Of a stretch of DNA of 49,883 nucleotides, positions 13,101 to 28,000 are shown one piece after another (position 1 is the stretch's first letter; the number at the start of each line of letters is the position of its first letter). Made by a program: the position numbers and the translations under genes. The notes beneath the pieces are model-generated. The model was not told where the DNA came from, ran no database searches, and saw only the letters and a program-made list of their open reading frames with translations. Source of the stretch: Schmidtea polychroa. Taxonomy: Eukaryota. Location: the NCBI GenBank assembly GCA_044892525.1, contig CM097885.1:186200118-186250000 (forward strand), written 5' to 3'.

Positions 13101-16100
13101 ATAGCTACTCCAAGTTGTGTTCTCAAATCTTGGAGTCAATGATATCCAGCTATTTTTGTGTTTAAATAATGCTATATAAGTTCTTACTTAGAAATCAATA
13201 AAATTATTAACTCCAGGCAGAAAATAAGCTGTAAAACCTTTAAATGTGTCAGCTACATCTTCTAGAATAAATGGTAAATTCGTTAATGCAACAACTAAGC
13301 CTTGTAAATCAGTGTTTTGTCTACCACAATTCTATTCTCTTGTATCCTTTACTACAAAGATTGATTGAAGTTGAACAAGCACCCATTTAATGGTGAATTT
13401 GGGAGCATGCTCTAGAACGCATTAATTGTTGCCATTTTGAAATGAATCATTAATGTCTCTGGTGAAAAAGTAATATTTAGACTTATAGAATGATTATTCC
13501 ATATAAAACTCTATTCACCATTCTTACTAGCGGATTTGTTTCACTAATATTTTAAATAACTATTGTCAATTTCACTTAGCCCTTCGCGTACAATCTGTTA
13601 AGAATGAGAATTTAGTTAAGCTTTTGCACAGTTCTTTATTTTTCTTGTCACAGATCTGACTATTAATGCAGAGTCATCCCCTATATGTGTATGTGATATA
13701 TACATGATAAAGGCTTACACCATTTTCGAGATCTATATTTGTAACAAGCCTTGCTTTGCAAACTTCCTTCTTTGTGCAAAGCAAGTACATCTTTGTACCA
13801 ACATAACCTTTTGAATTCAGATGAGATTGAAATTCATCGTCTATAAACAAAAGTTTCGCCTTGGTTTTTGAAATGGGAATCATAATTAAAGTCAAAATCA
13901 AAATTGTAATAGATTTTATGAATAATAAATGTTATGTGTAATGTTGAAGTACCCTCTCAGAACGTTTATGACCACTAAGGTCAAGTTGAATTTATTATTC
14001 TCATGAGTTTAGAAGCCGTCTTGAAATAATTAATAAAATAAAGAAAAATTATTATTTTCTATATATGCTTAAAAGACAATTTAACCCTTTAGCCGTGCCT
14101 GTAAAATTAACGTCCTTGCGCTTAAAATGCTTTTAAATAAAGATTTAAACATTCTTAAACATCTTTAACCCCCAAAATATACAACAACTTTTATAGAAGT
14201 TGTTAAAAATTAAAAGAATCGATTTAAAATATCACCACCATAAATTAATTTCCAGTCTTTGAGATATTATATTGAAATAATTAAAATCAATAGAAAAGAA
14301 TTCTACCTTAATGTGAAATTTAAGATTTTTATTAGATGTTCGCTTTATGGGATAGTTTTTGTACACTTAATATAATGTGCTATAAAATGGGTACCCATCC
14401 TCTGTTCTAGAGTTTATTTCTTCCTGTGAGTTGAGATTGATTAAAGGCAAAAATCTCAGTTTAAATGTTACTAATTTCTTGAATTTAGATTGGCAATCTC
14501 AAGTGAACCTTTGACTATTGTCCATTGTCCTTTATTGATTGCAAATATTCAGGAATATTTTTCCAGATCTACTGAAAATATTAAAGGTAAATGATATAAA
14601 TAACCATTGCAATTTATAACTGGTAAGTTATAATTCAGCTGCTGCTGAAAAACACATTAGAAATGCTAAAGCTCGAACGAGTGAATCTATCAAAAAAATT
14701 CTAGATAAAGGTTCCTCAGATATTCGTTGGTGGGTTTCACTGAAAATAAGCGCGCCAAAAATAATTCTTCCGAATTATCGGTTGATAAAAACTCATGAAC
14801 CGAGCTGTGTTTTACTTGATTTAGGACGATTACAAGTTTCAAATTGTAACGATCAAATGATTGATCGATCAATAAAAGTATCGGCACTTGAACCCATTAG
14901 TTATGAGTCGGACCTAGAATCAGAAGATTTTGTTACGCCTTGCTCTTCTCCATTTGGATCATTAGAAAATATATCTATGGAAGCAAAAAAAGAGACTAAA
15001 GCTGTTACAAATATCTATGATGAATATTCAATAAAATTGGAAAATGTGATGGCTCTTGTTGGGAATTGGGATGAATTAAAATCAGAATTGTCAAAAAACA
15101 CCAGTAAAAATCCTAAGCTCTTACTGATGGAGCCATTCAATTTCATATTGGATTTAAAGAAGAAATGCGTAATGGAAAAATCATGCCAATCTCCTAATAT
15201 AATAATGGAATCAAACATATCGAGGTTATTGATAAGTATATCGGATCAAAAGTTACAGTTGGCTAAAGATTGCTTGGAATCCGTGACAAGTTTCATCAAT
15301 AACTATAGAAGTGCAGGTACTTTTCTCTTTTTTTATTTCATTGTACATTTTATCGATTTTATAAATGAATAAATTATATTTACTATTTAATTGACATTTT
15401 CCAGAAAATAAATCAACATTCTTGTAATAAATAAATAATCATAAAACAAGCAAATAAATACAATATGATAATTAAAATGTAGAAAATATTAGATCTAGAA
15501 TATATTTTCGTAATTCTAAAATCGTAAAATTATGCTGCTGATAAGCAAAAGTCGGATCAACAGGTTTATCACTATTAAATTCGTTATTTGCAGGAAATTT
15601 GATTTTTCAGCACAAATAAATTAATTGTGTACATTTATGAATGTTTCTTTTTTGATCTAAATGCCTCGAAATTCCATATATTCCAGAATGAACTAACTTC
15701 ATAATCCATGAGTAGTTTGACATAAATATCAAATTTCCCCACTAATCTCGCGCTTTCAATTTGAAATTTTCTCTTTTCCTTACTTTGAGAATTATCAGTT
15801 ATATCCAAGTTCTCGTCGTCATATTGAATTGTTTCATTAATATGATCCTGAATTTATCTACTTCAATTTGAACTTTGACATCATTCATTATTGAAAGAAA
15901 ATTTATATTAGAAAAGAATTCACCAAACCTATTTATAATACAAAGCAATGGAAGTGTGTAACTTTTATACATCTTGCCAAGTATCCATTGTCATTTATAG
16001 TGTTTGATCATTACTTTCTCAATCACTGTGCTTCAAACTTCGATTACCAGATATTTTCAAATTTTCTACTTTATAATTCATGTGCCCCATATTTTTTATT

Positions 16101-18943
16101 GGACTTTCATAATAAGTTTACTGTACCCAATGTTGGGCTTCGTCTATGTTTATGGTCTTTTGAAAGGCTTCCTGTAGACATTCTGAATAGATCCATCATT
16201 TCCTGTATTTCAAGTGATGGTAATTAGCGCAACTGAATCAGTTTGAAACTCTTTTCTACGCTGTTTTTGTTCTGCGTTTTTAAATTTCCAGCGACATTTT
16301 ATAATTTATTTCCTTCGTTCAAAGCTTAATATGGCTGTTAATATTCCTTTCCATATTTCATTTATTTATTTAAAAGAACAAAATTTAATAGAACAGGTCT
16401 GAAAATGCTTCTTTTAAAAGTTATATCCCACAAAGTTTGATTATTGACTAATCCATTTACAACATGTGTGGTTCATAAATGATGGTATACATGCCCATTT
16501 TCTAAAGAGCGTTAAAGAATATTTAAATAAATATTTTAAAAGAAAATGGATGGGATATAGCGACTTTAAATCAGTTAGATTTTTATTCATGGAGACATTT
16601 AAAGATATGGTGTGCGCTACATCAGTCGATATTGTGAATGAATTGGGGTATAGAATTAAAAACTATTGTCAGAAAATAAGAAAGAAGACGGCTATCTTTG
16701 AACGTGTTCGATATTCAATTATGAAGCTTGCTACAATGAAATTGTTGAAAATCTTCTATAGATAAAATTAATGTTAATATATTTTATAGCATTTGTATTG
16801 ATCAACCTTTGTGGGGTATAACTTTTAAAGGTAGTGTTTTCAAGCCCATGCTCTATTGAATTTAATTTTAGTTTTGATGAGTACTACATACACCTAAAAT
16901 TCGGAACCATCTTTTTTCAACGCCCAATTCTAATATTCTAATGTTATTGTGGACTCAATTGCATTGAAATTTTCCAATGTTGATTTTGTAAAAGTTCATC
17001 ATTAAATGTTTAAAATAATGCTCGCTTTTGCAAATCCTCAATATTTCATTGGTTTCCTGAACCGTAGCAATATTTCAATCAACATAAACTCTAGTGCCTA
17101 TTTTCTAAATTTAAATACCAATTTTAGGAAACAATGCTATAATAATTTTGGTTTTGGTTTTCCTTTATTTTAGTTCTTTCAGATTATATCACTTTTGATT
17201 TTTTTATGATCTAGAGTCTATTTTTGAGCAAAAACAGTTCTAAATATTCGAGTTAAATATAATTGAAAAGAAATTGAAAGGAAAAAATGATCAATTGTGA
17301 AATTTCCTGATATAAAAAATATTCTTTTATATGAATTTTTGGTAAAAAATTTTATAGTACATCATTCCAAAGTGATCTTAGATTGTCTACCAATAGCTTC
17401 ATATATGGTGAACTCCTGTTAAATGTTCATTATCCGAGGTTTAAACTTTATGAAATTGTAAATAACTTCTGTGAAATATGTTACCAACTATTTTTAGGTT
17501 TTGTCCGATCCGTGGTACAATAGATATAAATTTATAAAATTTTTATAAACCCGGCTTGCTTGAAATCTTACCTGAAATCTTTCAATTAGTTTTTTTTTCA
17601 ATTAATATTTTTATTACAAACACGACACAATATGGGATAGTAAATTTATTTTCTATTTCTAGATTTTAGTTTTATACAAAAATTATATATTGCTATTTAA
17701 TTTGAAGTTGTCGCTTAATTTTAGATACTTCCTCTATAAAACATAAAAAGCAAACTCGAATGGAGAATCTTAACACATCATCAGAAATAAATGAGAATTA
17801 CAAATCAGTATCAATCAATTTTGTTTTGCATTCATTTATCATCCAACTGGAATCTGGAAGCCGCCCATTGGCAGAATTGTCTTTGACAAAAACGCAATTT
17901 CAATTGTCTCGATACTCATCAATGACAATAATCAGTGCCCATTTATTAAATCTCATCCTAGCAGATGCTCGAGCAAATCTGGGTTCCAAATTAGACTTTA
18001 TACTGGCAAGCCATAAATGTTTACATAATGATCAACCTTTATCAGAGTCTGTCGGTGAACCAATTATTGAATTTACTTATAAAATTAGTCAAAAATCTGG
18101 ATCTTCAGATCTCCGTGAAATCAATCTCATATTTGCAGACTTAGATGTTATTGCAAATCAGGAAACGTTAATTGAATTATTGTCATTTATGCGGCCTCTA
18201 TTTTCGAATGATTCTCTCCAAATCTTCGATAAAAAACCAGAGACTCCAAATACTAAAAAAATCAAACCATTAGATGTTTCTATTGCTTGTAAAGCCGTCA
18301 GTATTCTCCTAATCAAGATATCGTCGAATTTTGATTCTGAAAATCGATTTGCCGTGTCTGTGGGAAGAATATCACTGTCACAAATGAACCTTCTAATACA
18401 CAAAAACGGCACAGCTATAAATTCAACTCTTCGTATAAGATCTATAAATGTAGAAGATATATCAATTTTAGATTCCTTCCACAAAAATATTTTAACATTG
18501 ACTACTGGATCGAATGAGGTATTTAATATTTATTTGTTTTGGTTTGTTAACTAATGTGTTATATCCTGTTTATTGGCTTAACTTAGATTTTTACTGTTAG
18601 AACATAAATACTTTTGTCGGATTTCATACAAAAATGAATATATATGTCGTAGGCAAATGGTAATTTTAGGAAAATAACATTTGGCTAGGCAAATGCCATT
18701 TGCCTGGTCAAATAGCTTTAGCTATTATTTCATTTCCATTTGACTAGGAAAATAGCATTTGCACAGACAAAATCCATTTGGCTAAATCTTTGTTGGGCAA
18801 ATAATTATAATGTATTATTAAACCATAATAATTAACTTTTTTCAAAGTACCTACCTCTATTTTTTTTGTAATAAAAAAAACACGCAAAACAAATTTAAAA
18901 TTCTAACCAAATGTTATTTTCCTAAATTTACCATTTGCCTACG

Positions 18944-19011
<68 letters not shown>

Positions 19012-22000
19012 TGGCCGTCAATGCGTTAAAACAATTAGGTTGGTAAGCTGATAGTACAATAATGAACTGAGGTACGAGTTATGATGATTATAGAAAATTA
19101 AAAAAATCGATAAAACTCCTGCAAATAAAAATAAAAGATTTAATTTTTTTCAGTATTTGAATTCCTTGTAAATTTTAGTGTAAGTATTGTAAAATTATAA
19201 TATTTAGCTCCTTCTATTTTATATGAAGAATCTAATCTTTTATTTTTACTATTTTTAATTTTTACTCTCTGTTAACTTAATTTCGTATGTATGTTTGGAT
19301 GAGTCACGACTATCTTGCGACGGCAAATTATTCAACTTCGCGTGATCGGATCGAGCTGAAATTTTGCAGATATATATTCGAAAAATGTTCCTAGGGAAGA
19401 AATTTCTCAAGTAGCTAGATACTATTTACATGTTCATACAAAGAATTTATAAAATTTAAGTATTTAATCAGTTCAGTCTTAAAATGTCCTTATACTTCTT
19501 TAAATTTCGTTCCTTGTGTGATTATGACATCACGTAAAAAATATAATTTTTTAATAAAATATTTTTTTCAAAGTAATATTTGAGCACGCATATTGAAATT
19601 TTAATTTTGAGAGAATGTAAGAGTGAAATATAGTTTTAAAAACTGTTTTTACAGTTTGTTTTTTATTATTAATAATCGTTGGATTAGATAATTTTTTTAT
19701 TGATTGAATAAAATATCTATTGAATTAAAAATCGTTTAAGCACTTTAATAGATCAATAAAAAAATTAATTGATTGTCTATTTTTATTTTTACAATAATTT
19801 TAATTCTTTCAGACAAATATGGAAATTAGTGAAAATGAAGATGTTATTAATATATCTGTAATCCAAGAAAATACTGACAGCCCATTCTTTGTTAGTGGTA
19901 CTATGCCTCATATCATTTATGTACATTCTCCAGAATTTTTACATTCCGTTGGACAGTGTATATCAGAATTTCAGATTTATTTCTACCGCTTGAAACACAA
20001 TATAGCTGCTGTGGCTCGAACAGCTATTCTTTCATCTGAAGAAAGTGCAAAGATTGGATTTTTAAACTCAGTAAAATTAAACTTGAGAATGCTTTCTCCG
20101 ATTTTGGCGTTACCGCGACATAAAACATCAAATCAAATTATACTTGTAAATTTGGGTGATATTGAAATAATAAGTGATACACAGTCTCTTCAAGTCACTT
20201 TTAGTGATGCTATAGTTATTTCCAAAGAATTACCTATCCAAAACGGTGGATATGATATCAGTATTTGTACAGATAATAATTCCAAATTCCCCTTGGTTAA
20301 TAAAATTGATCTTGTGTTAAAATTTTCAAAATTATACAATCCATCAAAAATCCTCATCGAATGTGAATTTTCATCTTCATTGTCGCTTTCATTTTCCAAA
20401 GCTGTTTATGAGCAAGTCTTGAAGTCTATGGATAATTTAGTGTATGATGATGAGGATGAAATCCCAGCACAATTTGTAGAATTTGAAGATGAAAATATGC
20501 AAGAAGATCAAAACCCCGATATTTCTCAAAATGAAATTCCCATAGTTTTACGATCAAATATTTCTCAAATTAAAATGGAACTTTATCCTGATTCATTTGA
20601 CAGTTCAGAAGATCCAATGTTGAGATTATTGTTACAAGGAATTACGTTAGAGTTTGTCCGTGCAAATAAATACATAAAAGATATTGAACTAGCCGTTGAT
20701 CAGATTTCTTTGTATCAAGTTCTGGATTCGCGACAGAAACGAATCGAAAAACTCTTAATCTATTCATTTTCTTCATCAAATATTGGACAGGAAAACCTCC
20801 AGGAAAAAAGTGCATCTTGTCCAGATTTACTTGAGCAACCTGATGCTAGTTACTCCAATTTAACATCAACATCAATTCCAAATCCATCATCATTTTACAA
20901 ATATGCCAAAAGGAAAAAGTCTTTAAGCAATAGTATAGAAACTCAGTATTGTGCTGCATATGAGTTGAAACAACCGAAAAATACAGTCAAATCCACTGAA
21001 CCAAATAAATTAGCAAGTATTAAAATACGATTAATAGACAAAAAGTTTCATGGATTTCCTACTGAATGTGATTCAATTAGTAGATTTGTTGATGCGGATT
21101 TTAACCAATTGACATTCCGTATTAGCATGGAAGCTTGGGTTATCCTTTTGGATTTTTTTGGTTTTGGGAGTCGATTTTACGATCCTAAAGATGTTAAAGA
21201 TTTGTTGGATGTGTCAAAAGTTTTACCTTCATTCAATAGGCGATACGATGGAGAAATAGAAGAAATAATCAATACTAAGTTAAATATTCACATGAAAAGA
21301 TTTTCTTTGATTTTGGAAAATGAAACCCATTACATCAATCACTCGAATTTAGCTGGCATTTCTACCATTGATTTCGATTTACAGGCTTATACTAAAGATG
21401 GGAATATGACTCTATCAGGATCTCTGAGTGACTTTCAATTAGTGGATTTATCACCGACGGGTTCCATATACAATCAGAGGCTCTTTCCAGCATCGAATCA
21501 AGATAGAATATTGGAATTTACTCTATTTAAGTATGGCCTACCAGATCCAAGCCAGTTACGGGAGGAGGATATGAGATTATCTACAAAAATATCAGCACCA
21601 ATTGTTTATATTCACACTCAACGATTTCTCCAAGAATTGAATCAATTTTTTCAAAATTTTTTGCAATATCAAGTAATTTTTTGGCCTTATTTTTTGTATT
21701 TAAATGCTATTTTCATATAATGATCAAATAATCTATTGAAATAAAAACTAAATACATTTTCCAGTCAAAAATTGTATTTTATCCAAAATATCTATAAAAT
21801 ATTTTAAGTTGGATCAAATTCACTTGAAAAAAGGCAGTGCTGAAAATTCGTGAATATCAAAAACATCGATATATTTACTGATTCATAGTCAAGCTTTTTA
21901 ATAAATACAATATCAATGGAAAAGAAAAGCACATATTGCCGAGAAACTAGGAACTATATCTCTTGGTACCTCTGTCACTTTAATTCTTATAATTAATAAA

Positions 22001-25000
22001 AGTACCCGCCTTATTAGTATTATAATATTGGATAAACGTAAGTCATATAAAACATTTGAACTTTAAACCGTTATGAAAATTTTATTAATCTTATACTCAA
22101 AGCTTCAAATTTAAACCAGGGTGGGCAAAAATGAAAACTAAAAGATATTTTGCTACACCCCGTATCATATTAAATTCATGTTTGATGAGTCAATTAAATA
22201 ACGTAGATATCAACAAAGTGATTTATTTATTCAGATTTTATCTGACATTGTGGCTTGTTGATATTCCTAGTGAAATTTAGGTGTTTTATTTGTGCCAAGT
22301 ACAAAATTTAAACTCAAGGTTATAACCGAATAATGTATTATTGACAGAACTATAAAAGAAAATTTTAAATGGTGCACCGAATGTAAAAAAGTGAAAGATC
22401 GAAAACAGATAATATTTTGTGATAAATAAGAAAAATCTATAGTTGAAATCTAAATGAAAACAAAAGAATTAATCATCTCTTTAATCAGTTTGGGAGAGTT
22501 TCGATTATGTGGATGACTACAATGGGTCTTTTGAAGACAATGAATCGAATTTCGATATTTTATTTGGATCTTGCCAAAGGAAATGACACCTTGATCAATT
22601 AATTTTTGTCCAAAAAATTCAAAACTAACGAAAACATACTCTTTCTAACCCTTAACTACTATCAGTAGGTCTTTGTGACCCTGCAAATAAATTATTAAAA
22701 TATTTTTCAGTGTGTCGGTGGAATTTTAGGCGCTTGGGTTCTTATTAATTTGTAATACATAGACGTTATATTGTATAGCTTTTTTATTTAAAAAAAATTA
22801 GACCAACATTACGTCCGCGGTTCTTGTGCAACCGAAATTGGTCGGCAAAGCAGAAATCACGGAGAAAATAAATGATTTTAAATATTTGATTTTTGCACTT
22901 AATCAAATAATCCATGAAATCTAATAGATTAAGTATGGGTTCAAGAAATGATTATTCCATAAATTTTAAATTTTATGGCTTTTACAGAAATATCTTATCA
23001 ATGAAATTAATAATTTGAAAATTTACAATTAGTTTATTTTATTAAATGTCATTTACATTTTAAAATGGCTGTATAGAAAAACATTTATGATTCTTTTTAA
23101 AAATATTGAGCGTTTCTTAAATATGACGAATCTTAACTTTTGTAATATTTAGGATCGACTGAGTCATATAAGAGTTACATCTGCTGGAAGAATAGTTGAT
23201 AAAAGCGCCCAAAGATCTGCTCGCATTCGTATGAAAGTTTTTTGTCAAGCTCCTCTTTTGTTATTACCTGTCAGTGCATTTAGTGATCACATATTAGTAG
23301 TTGATCTTGGAAAACTTTCCCTAGTCAATGAATTCAAATTTTCAAATAATGACTTTTCTCAATGTTTACTGGATGAAATGAAAATAGATCTGCATGAGAT
23401 GGATGTTTATTCAGCCATAAGAATTACTGATTCAATATTACATGATAACGATTTAAAGTTTCCATGCTTGAATATTCGTCCAATTTATCCCAAACCGTTG
23501 TCAGAGAAGTGCAATCTAAATCTAACAGTTAGTCGTAACTTGAATTCTAATATTTCCCATTCCAGTCCTGATTGGCAAATTTACGGAATTCTTTCAAGTG
23601 TTATTTTCTCTATCGGTATTGAGCAATATCGGACAATTCGAGGAGTACTTGCTCATAATTTAGGTGAAAATACCGACCATCTTAAGTCTTATAAGTTTCA
23701 AGCATTTCAAACCGATCCAATTCTTCATACAGATTTAACAGGAATTGCTTATCCCGCCATGAAAATAGAACTTTGTCTCAATGATGTTCAACTAAATCTC
23801 ATGTCGAAATTGCAAGGAATTGATAATTATGAAAATATCAATTTGTGTCGACTCAATTTTTATCAGTCCAAGTTATTTTATGAAAGTTTCTCGGATTCAA
23901 GCAAAACTACCGAATTGGTGTGCCAGCAAATCACCGTTGAGGATATGCGATATGCATCATTTCCAGCCAATAAGCGGTTGAATGTCTTCCCAATTATTAT
24001 TAGTCCTGACAAAAATACGTCAAAGTTAGAGGTAAATATATATTTTGTTTTTTATAATTCATTTTTTGAGTTTATATTCTTCTGGTAGATTGTGGTATAT
24101 TTTTTGAAAATTTTTTATATGATTTACTGCCATTTGAGTTAATTCTGCACATTAAAATGTAATTAAAGAAAGTGTCAACCTTTTTAGTTTATTAAAATTT
24201 ATATTTTTATTTTTATAAATCTTGTTAATTTAAATTTAAATCAATTCCAATTACCAAAGCGAGTTGTGTCAAAATATAATACAAATTGTCCAAAAATCGA
24301 CCAGAAAATGGTCTTTAAGTTCTTCTCATTGAAACTGAAAAAATGAACTAAATTCTCAATGTTATATAAAAAATTAGACAGATATCTACTACAGAATTTC
24401 CACTGATATGTTGCAAAATTTCTAAAATCATTCAATAATTTTTAAGTATTTTTTCTAAATGATAGTTGCTACTTAAAATTAACACCCTATATACTCGCGT
24501 ATAAGTAGAGAAATTTTCGTTATATTTTCAAGTCAAAATAGCCACTTCGACTTATACGCGGGTCAAAAGAATAAAAAATTAATTTTTAACGAAATTATTA
24601 AATTGGTTATAATTTGTAGTGTTTTTAATTATACAGTAATTTTTTTAAATAATAATTCATTAAAATTCTTAATAAATTTGTAATTTATCAATATTTTCAA
24701 GCATTGTTAACGAACAAATTATAAATTTGACAATATATTATTTCCAATAGATTTTTTTTATCAAAAAGTGAACAAAAAAAGTGCAGGGCAGTGCAAAAAT
24801 GAAACGAAGTCGGAGATGTTTGATATGAGTTGTACAATGAACTTTTTGTTAATTGATCTGAACTTTTTGAAGATGTCAATATTTTTTATAAAACATATCT
24901 TAATTTTTTTTACTTTTCTTACTTCGACTTATACCCTGGTTTCAATTTATGACACAAAAATGATTCAAAAATGATACTTCGACTTATTCGTGGGGTTGAC

Positions 25001-28000
25001 TTATACACAAGTCTATACGTTAACTACCTGTTGTTAACTATCTTTAAAAATTTCACAATTCCTGATTTTGTGGCATTTTTGCTTTAATCAGAATATCAAA
25101 TATCTTGAAGTAAGAATCAAACATGTGAAGTCTTTCATTCTAAGAAAACACTTCAGTATCGATTATAGCATTGAAAAATCTAATTTTGAAGCCTTGGGCT
25201 GCGTCTTTTATAAGTTATACCTGCCAATGAAAATTCCTGTTTATATTCAATTTTTCAATAACGCTAATTACGTGATTCTATAAAATCATTTTTTAACTTA
25301 ATTTCAACTATATTTTGAATTTCTAACTAAATCACATCCTTTTCCACAGAATAATTTCGAAATATTTCTAAGCAAAAGATAAACATAAATGGGCAAAATA
25401 AAAGCAGATGATGACTACGGTGAAGTTTCAAATAAATCATAGATTGAAGCCTGATATAATACATTTTTATTACAACAACTTTCGTAGTTGTGACATATTT
25501 TAATTGTAGTTCTTTTACGGATCTGTTGAAAAGTGATATACCCAATAGATTGTACTGGTTCTAAAATTGATTGCACTGGACAAGAAGTTAAAGTTCTTCT
25601 CTTTTTAATGCATTTGTCTATAAAAATGCTTTTTTTCGTTCATTAAAACTTTTTTCCCTTGTAAGTAATTAAATAATATTTTAATTATAAATAAATTTAG
25701 ATTTTAGATGTAAATAATTTAATATAATTTTAGTAAATATTGATATTGATAAAATTAAGCTTTATTGTACATGAATACCTAGCATAGTACGGTTAATCGG
25801 TTCTAACACTGTTTGAAACCGTACTAATCGAGGAACTAGCTACATACAAAAAACAATAATTGGTTCCAAACAAAATATATTTTTCCTGTTTGTCAATAAT
25901 TAAAACAATTGCAATATATTCAAATGTCTGAATTATTTTCTTTTTTTGGTTTTTTCTCCTTGTACAGTTCTTTGTGGCAACGAATTGAATTGTTTATCGT
26001 TTGACGAAATTTCAGGCTACGGTTGATATTGGGATCAACTTTCATAATATGATTTGTCAGTTTTTCAACCAATTCAATAATTTCTGAAATTTGTTCAACC
26101 ATTAAGTCTTGAAAATGTTGAAAAGTGTTTCATTATCAAGCTCGTTCGTGTTAGTTCTCAGAATCCAGATCTTTAAAATCAAGATGCTGTCCAAGCTCTA
26201 CTATGTTATTAATAACTTCACCAAAATGTGCTTCAAAACTTACGAAATCATAAGCACAATGTGGTATGATATATTTCTATACAGCTCTCTTTATTCATGA
26301 CATGCTTCAGATACATTTTCAATAACATTTCTGATGTTGTAACTCTTACAAAATTCTGTTAAAGTAGGCGCATTTTCCCCAGTTGTTGCTTTAATTGCTT
26401 GTGAAAAGTTCGGCCCAAAAAATACCTAAATGTTTCAATGACATCCTGGTACATTGGTTGGATTAGCGATGTCGAATTTGGTTGAAGAAATGTTACCTGA
26501 ACATTTTCATTAAAACCGCTAAGTCCAGTCGGATGACCTGGGGCATCTAAGATCAATAAATCTTAAAGTCCAGCCCATTTTCTCGGCAAAACCGTTCTTT
26601 TTCAGGGCAAAAATCAATCTTCAAATAATATTTCTGTCGTCCAGGTTTTCTTATTTGACCGCCACAACACTGGAAGATTAATTTTTGACAAACCCTTAGG
26701 AGCTCGAAGATTTTCAGCACGGTACATTTTGAAAATCCCTACTGGATTTACACCTAATGAAAGTTTGAGACGATCTTTTGAGATTTTGTATCCACGCCTT
26801 GGATTCTGATTGGCTGTTATAAAAGTGCGAAGCAACTTTTTCCAAAATAATCCCGTTTCATCAGCGTTGAATATTTATTCATTTTTGTAACCACTCTTTT
26901 TACATTTTTGTACATTTAAGTTCATAAATATTGTGGAAATAGATTAAATTTGAAATTATAATGTTCTGAGTGAAAAGTTGCATAACCCTTTAAAAATCGT
27001 TTTCAACACATTTTATAACTTTAATAATAATCTCTGATGTGTTCAGTCCATCATTTTGTATTAATAATAAAATGATTTCGATTTGAAAACTCTGAAAATG
27101 GAAAATAATTTCTGTTAGTTGTGCATAAAATCTAAGTTTGACTTTCAGTTTTTCTGTCAAAAATGATCTACTTATAAATTTATAAGTAGAAAAGAAAATT
27201 CTCTTTTAATTTAATATATTCTGGATAAATATTAATTCACTTATTAGTCCTTAAATCGAATAACACCACAATATAAATCAAAAATTATTTGATATTATTG
27301 TTAAACATCAATAAATTTAAAAACAATTATGAATCATGGGAAATATAAATTCCAGTGATAACTGGTAAGGATATTTCTTAAAAGTTTATTTATTGTGAAA
27401 GATCAGCTTAATTTCAACGTTAAATATGTATTTAAGACTCTGGTAAGCTGTCGGATCTACTTAAATTTAACTTTAACTTTAATTTTTCAATACTAAAAGT
27501 AGAAAATAATCTTAAGTAGATCAGTAGTTGGTATTAATAATATTTTTGATTCGTATCCTAATAATCTAAGTTTGACAACTGATTAATATATCCAATTTAT
27601 TCGACTGGCGATTTCATGGCTATTTAATATACTTTTATGTGCAAAAATTTAACCTTAACACAGAAATGTACAACATTGTTATAAGATCGCTTTTTAAGAA
27701 ATTATATTTTAAAAAGAAAATATTAATGTATTTGACGTTGCAAACTTAATATAATTTCGTAATAAAAATTCTTGCACCAGACATTACTCTTTAGGGTTCT
27801 AAGAAATCTTTACGAAGTTATTCAATCTGTTTGATCGAATATCCTTATTAATTTCCTATGACTTTTTTGTCCTTTATAGGATAACATGAGTTATATTTTA
27901 GTTGCATTATAGCTATGTTAAAATTCACTTGAAAAAGGCAGTGCCGAAAATTCGTGAGTACCAAAAAGCATCGATATATTATTGATTTATAGTCTTCAAG

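Noticed and set aside
14690-20399. Minus-strand ORFs overlapping VPS13D exons (14690, 15015, 18158, 20190; also 29550 and 48280)
   Set aside because: Antisense shadows of real coding exons.
22117-22162. 46-bp mariner-like end-to-end relic (CAGGGTGGGCAAAAAT...ATTTTGCTACACCCCG)
   Set aside because: Too short and degenerate, and the left TA is missing.
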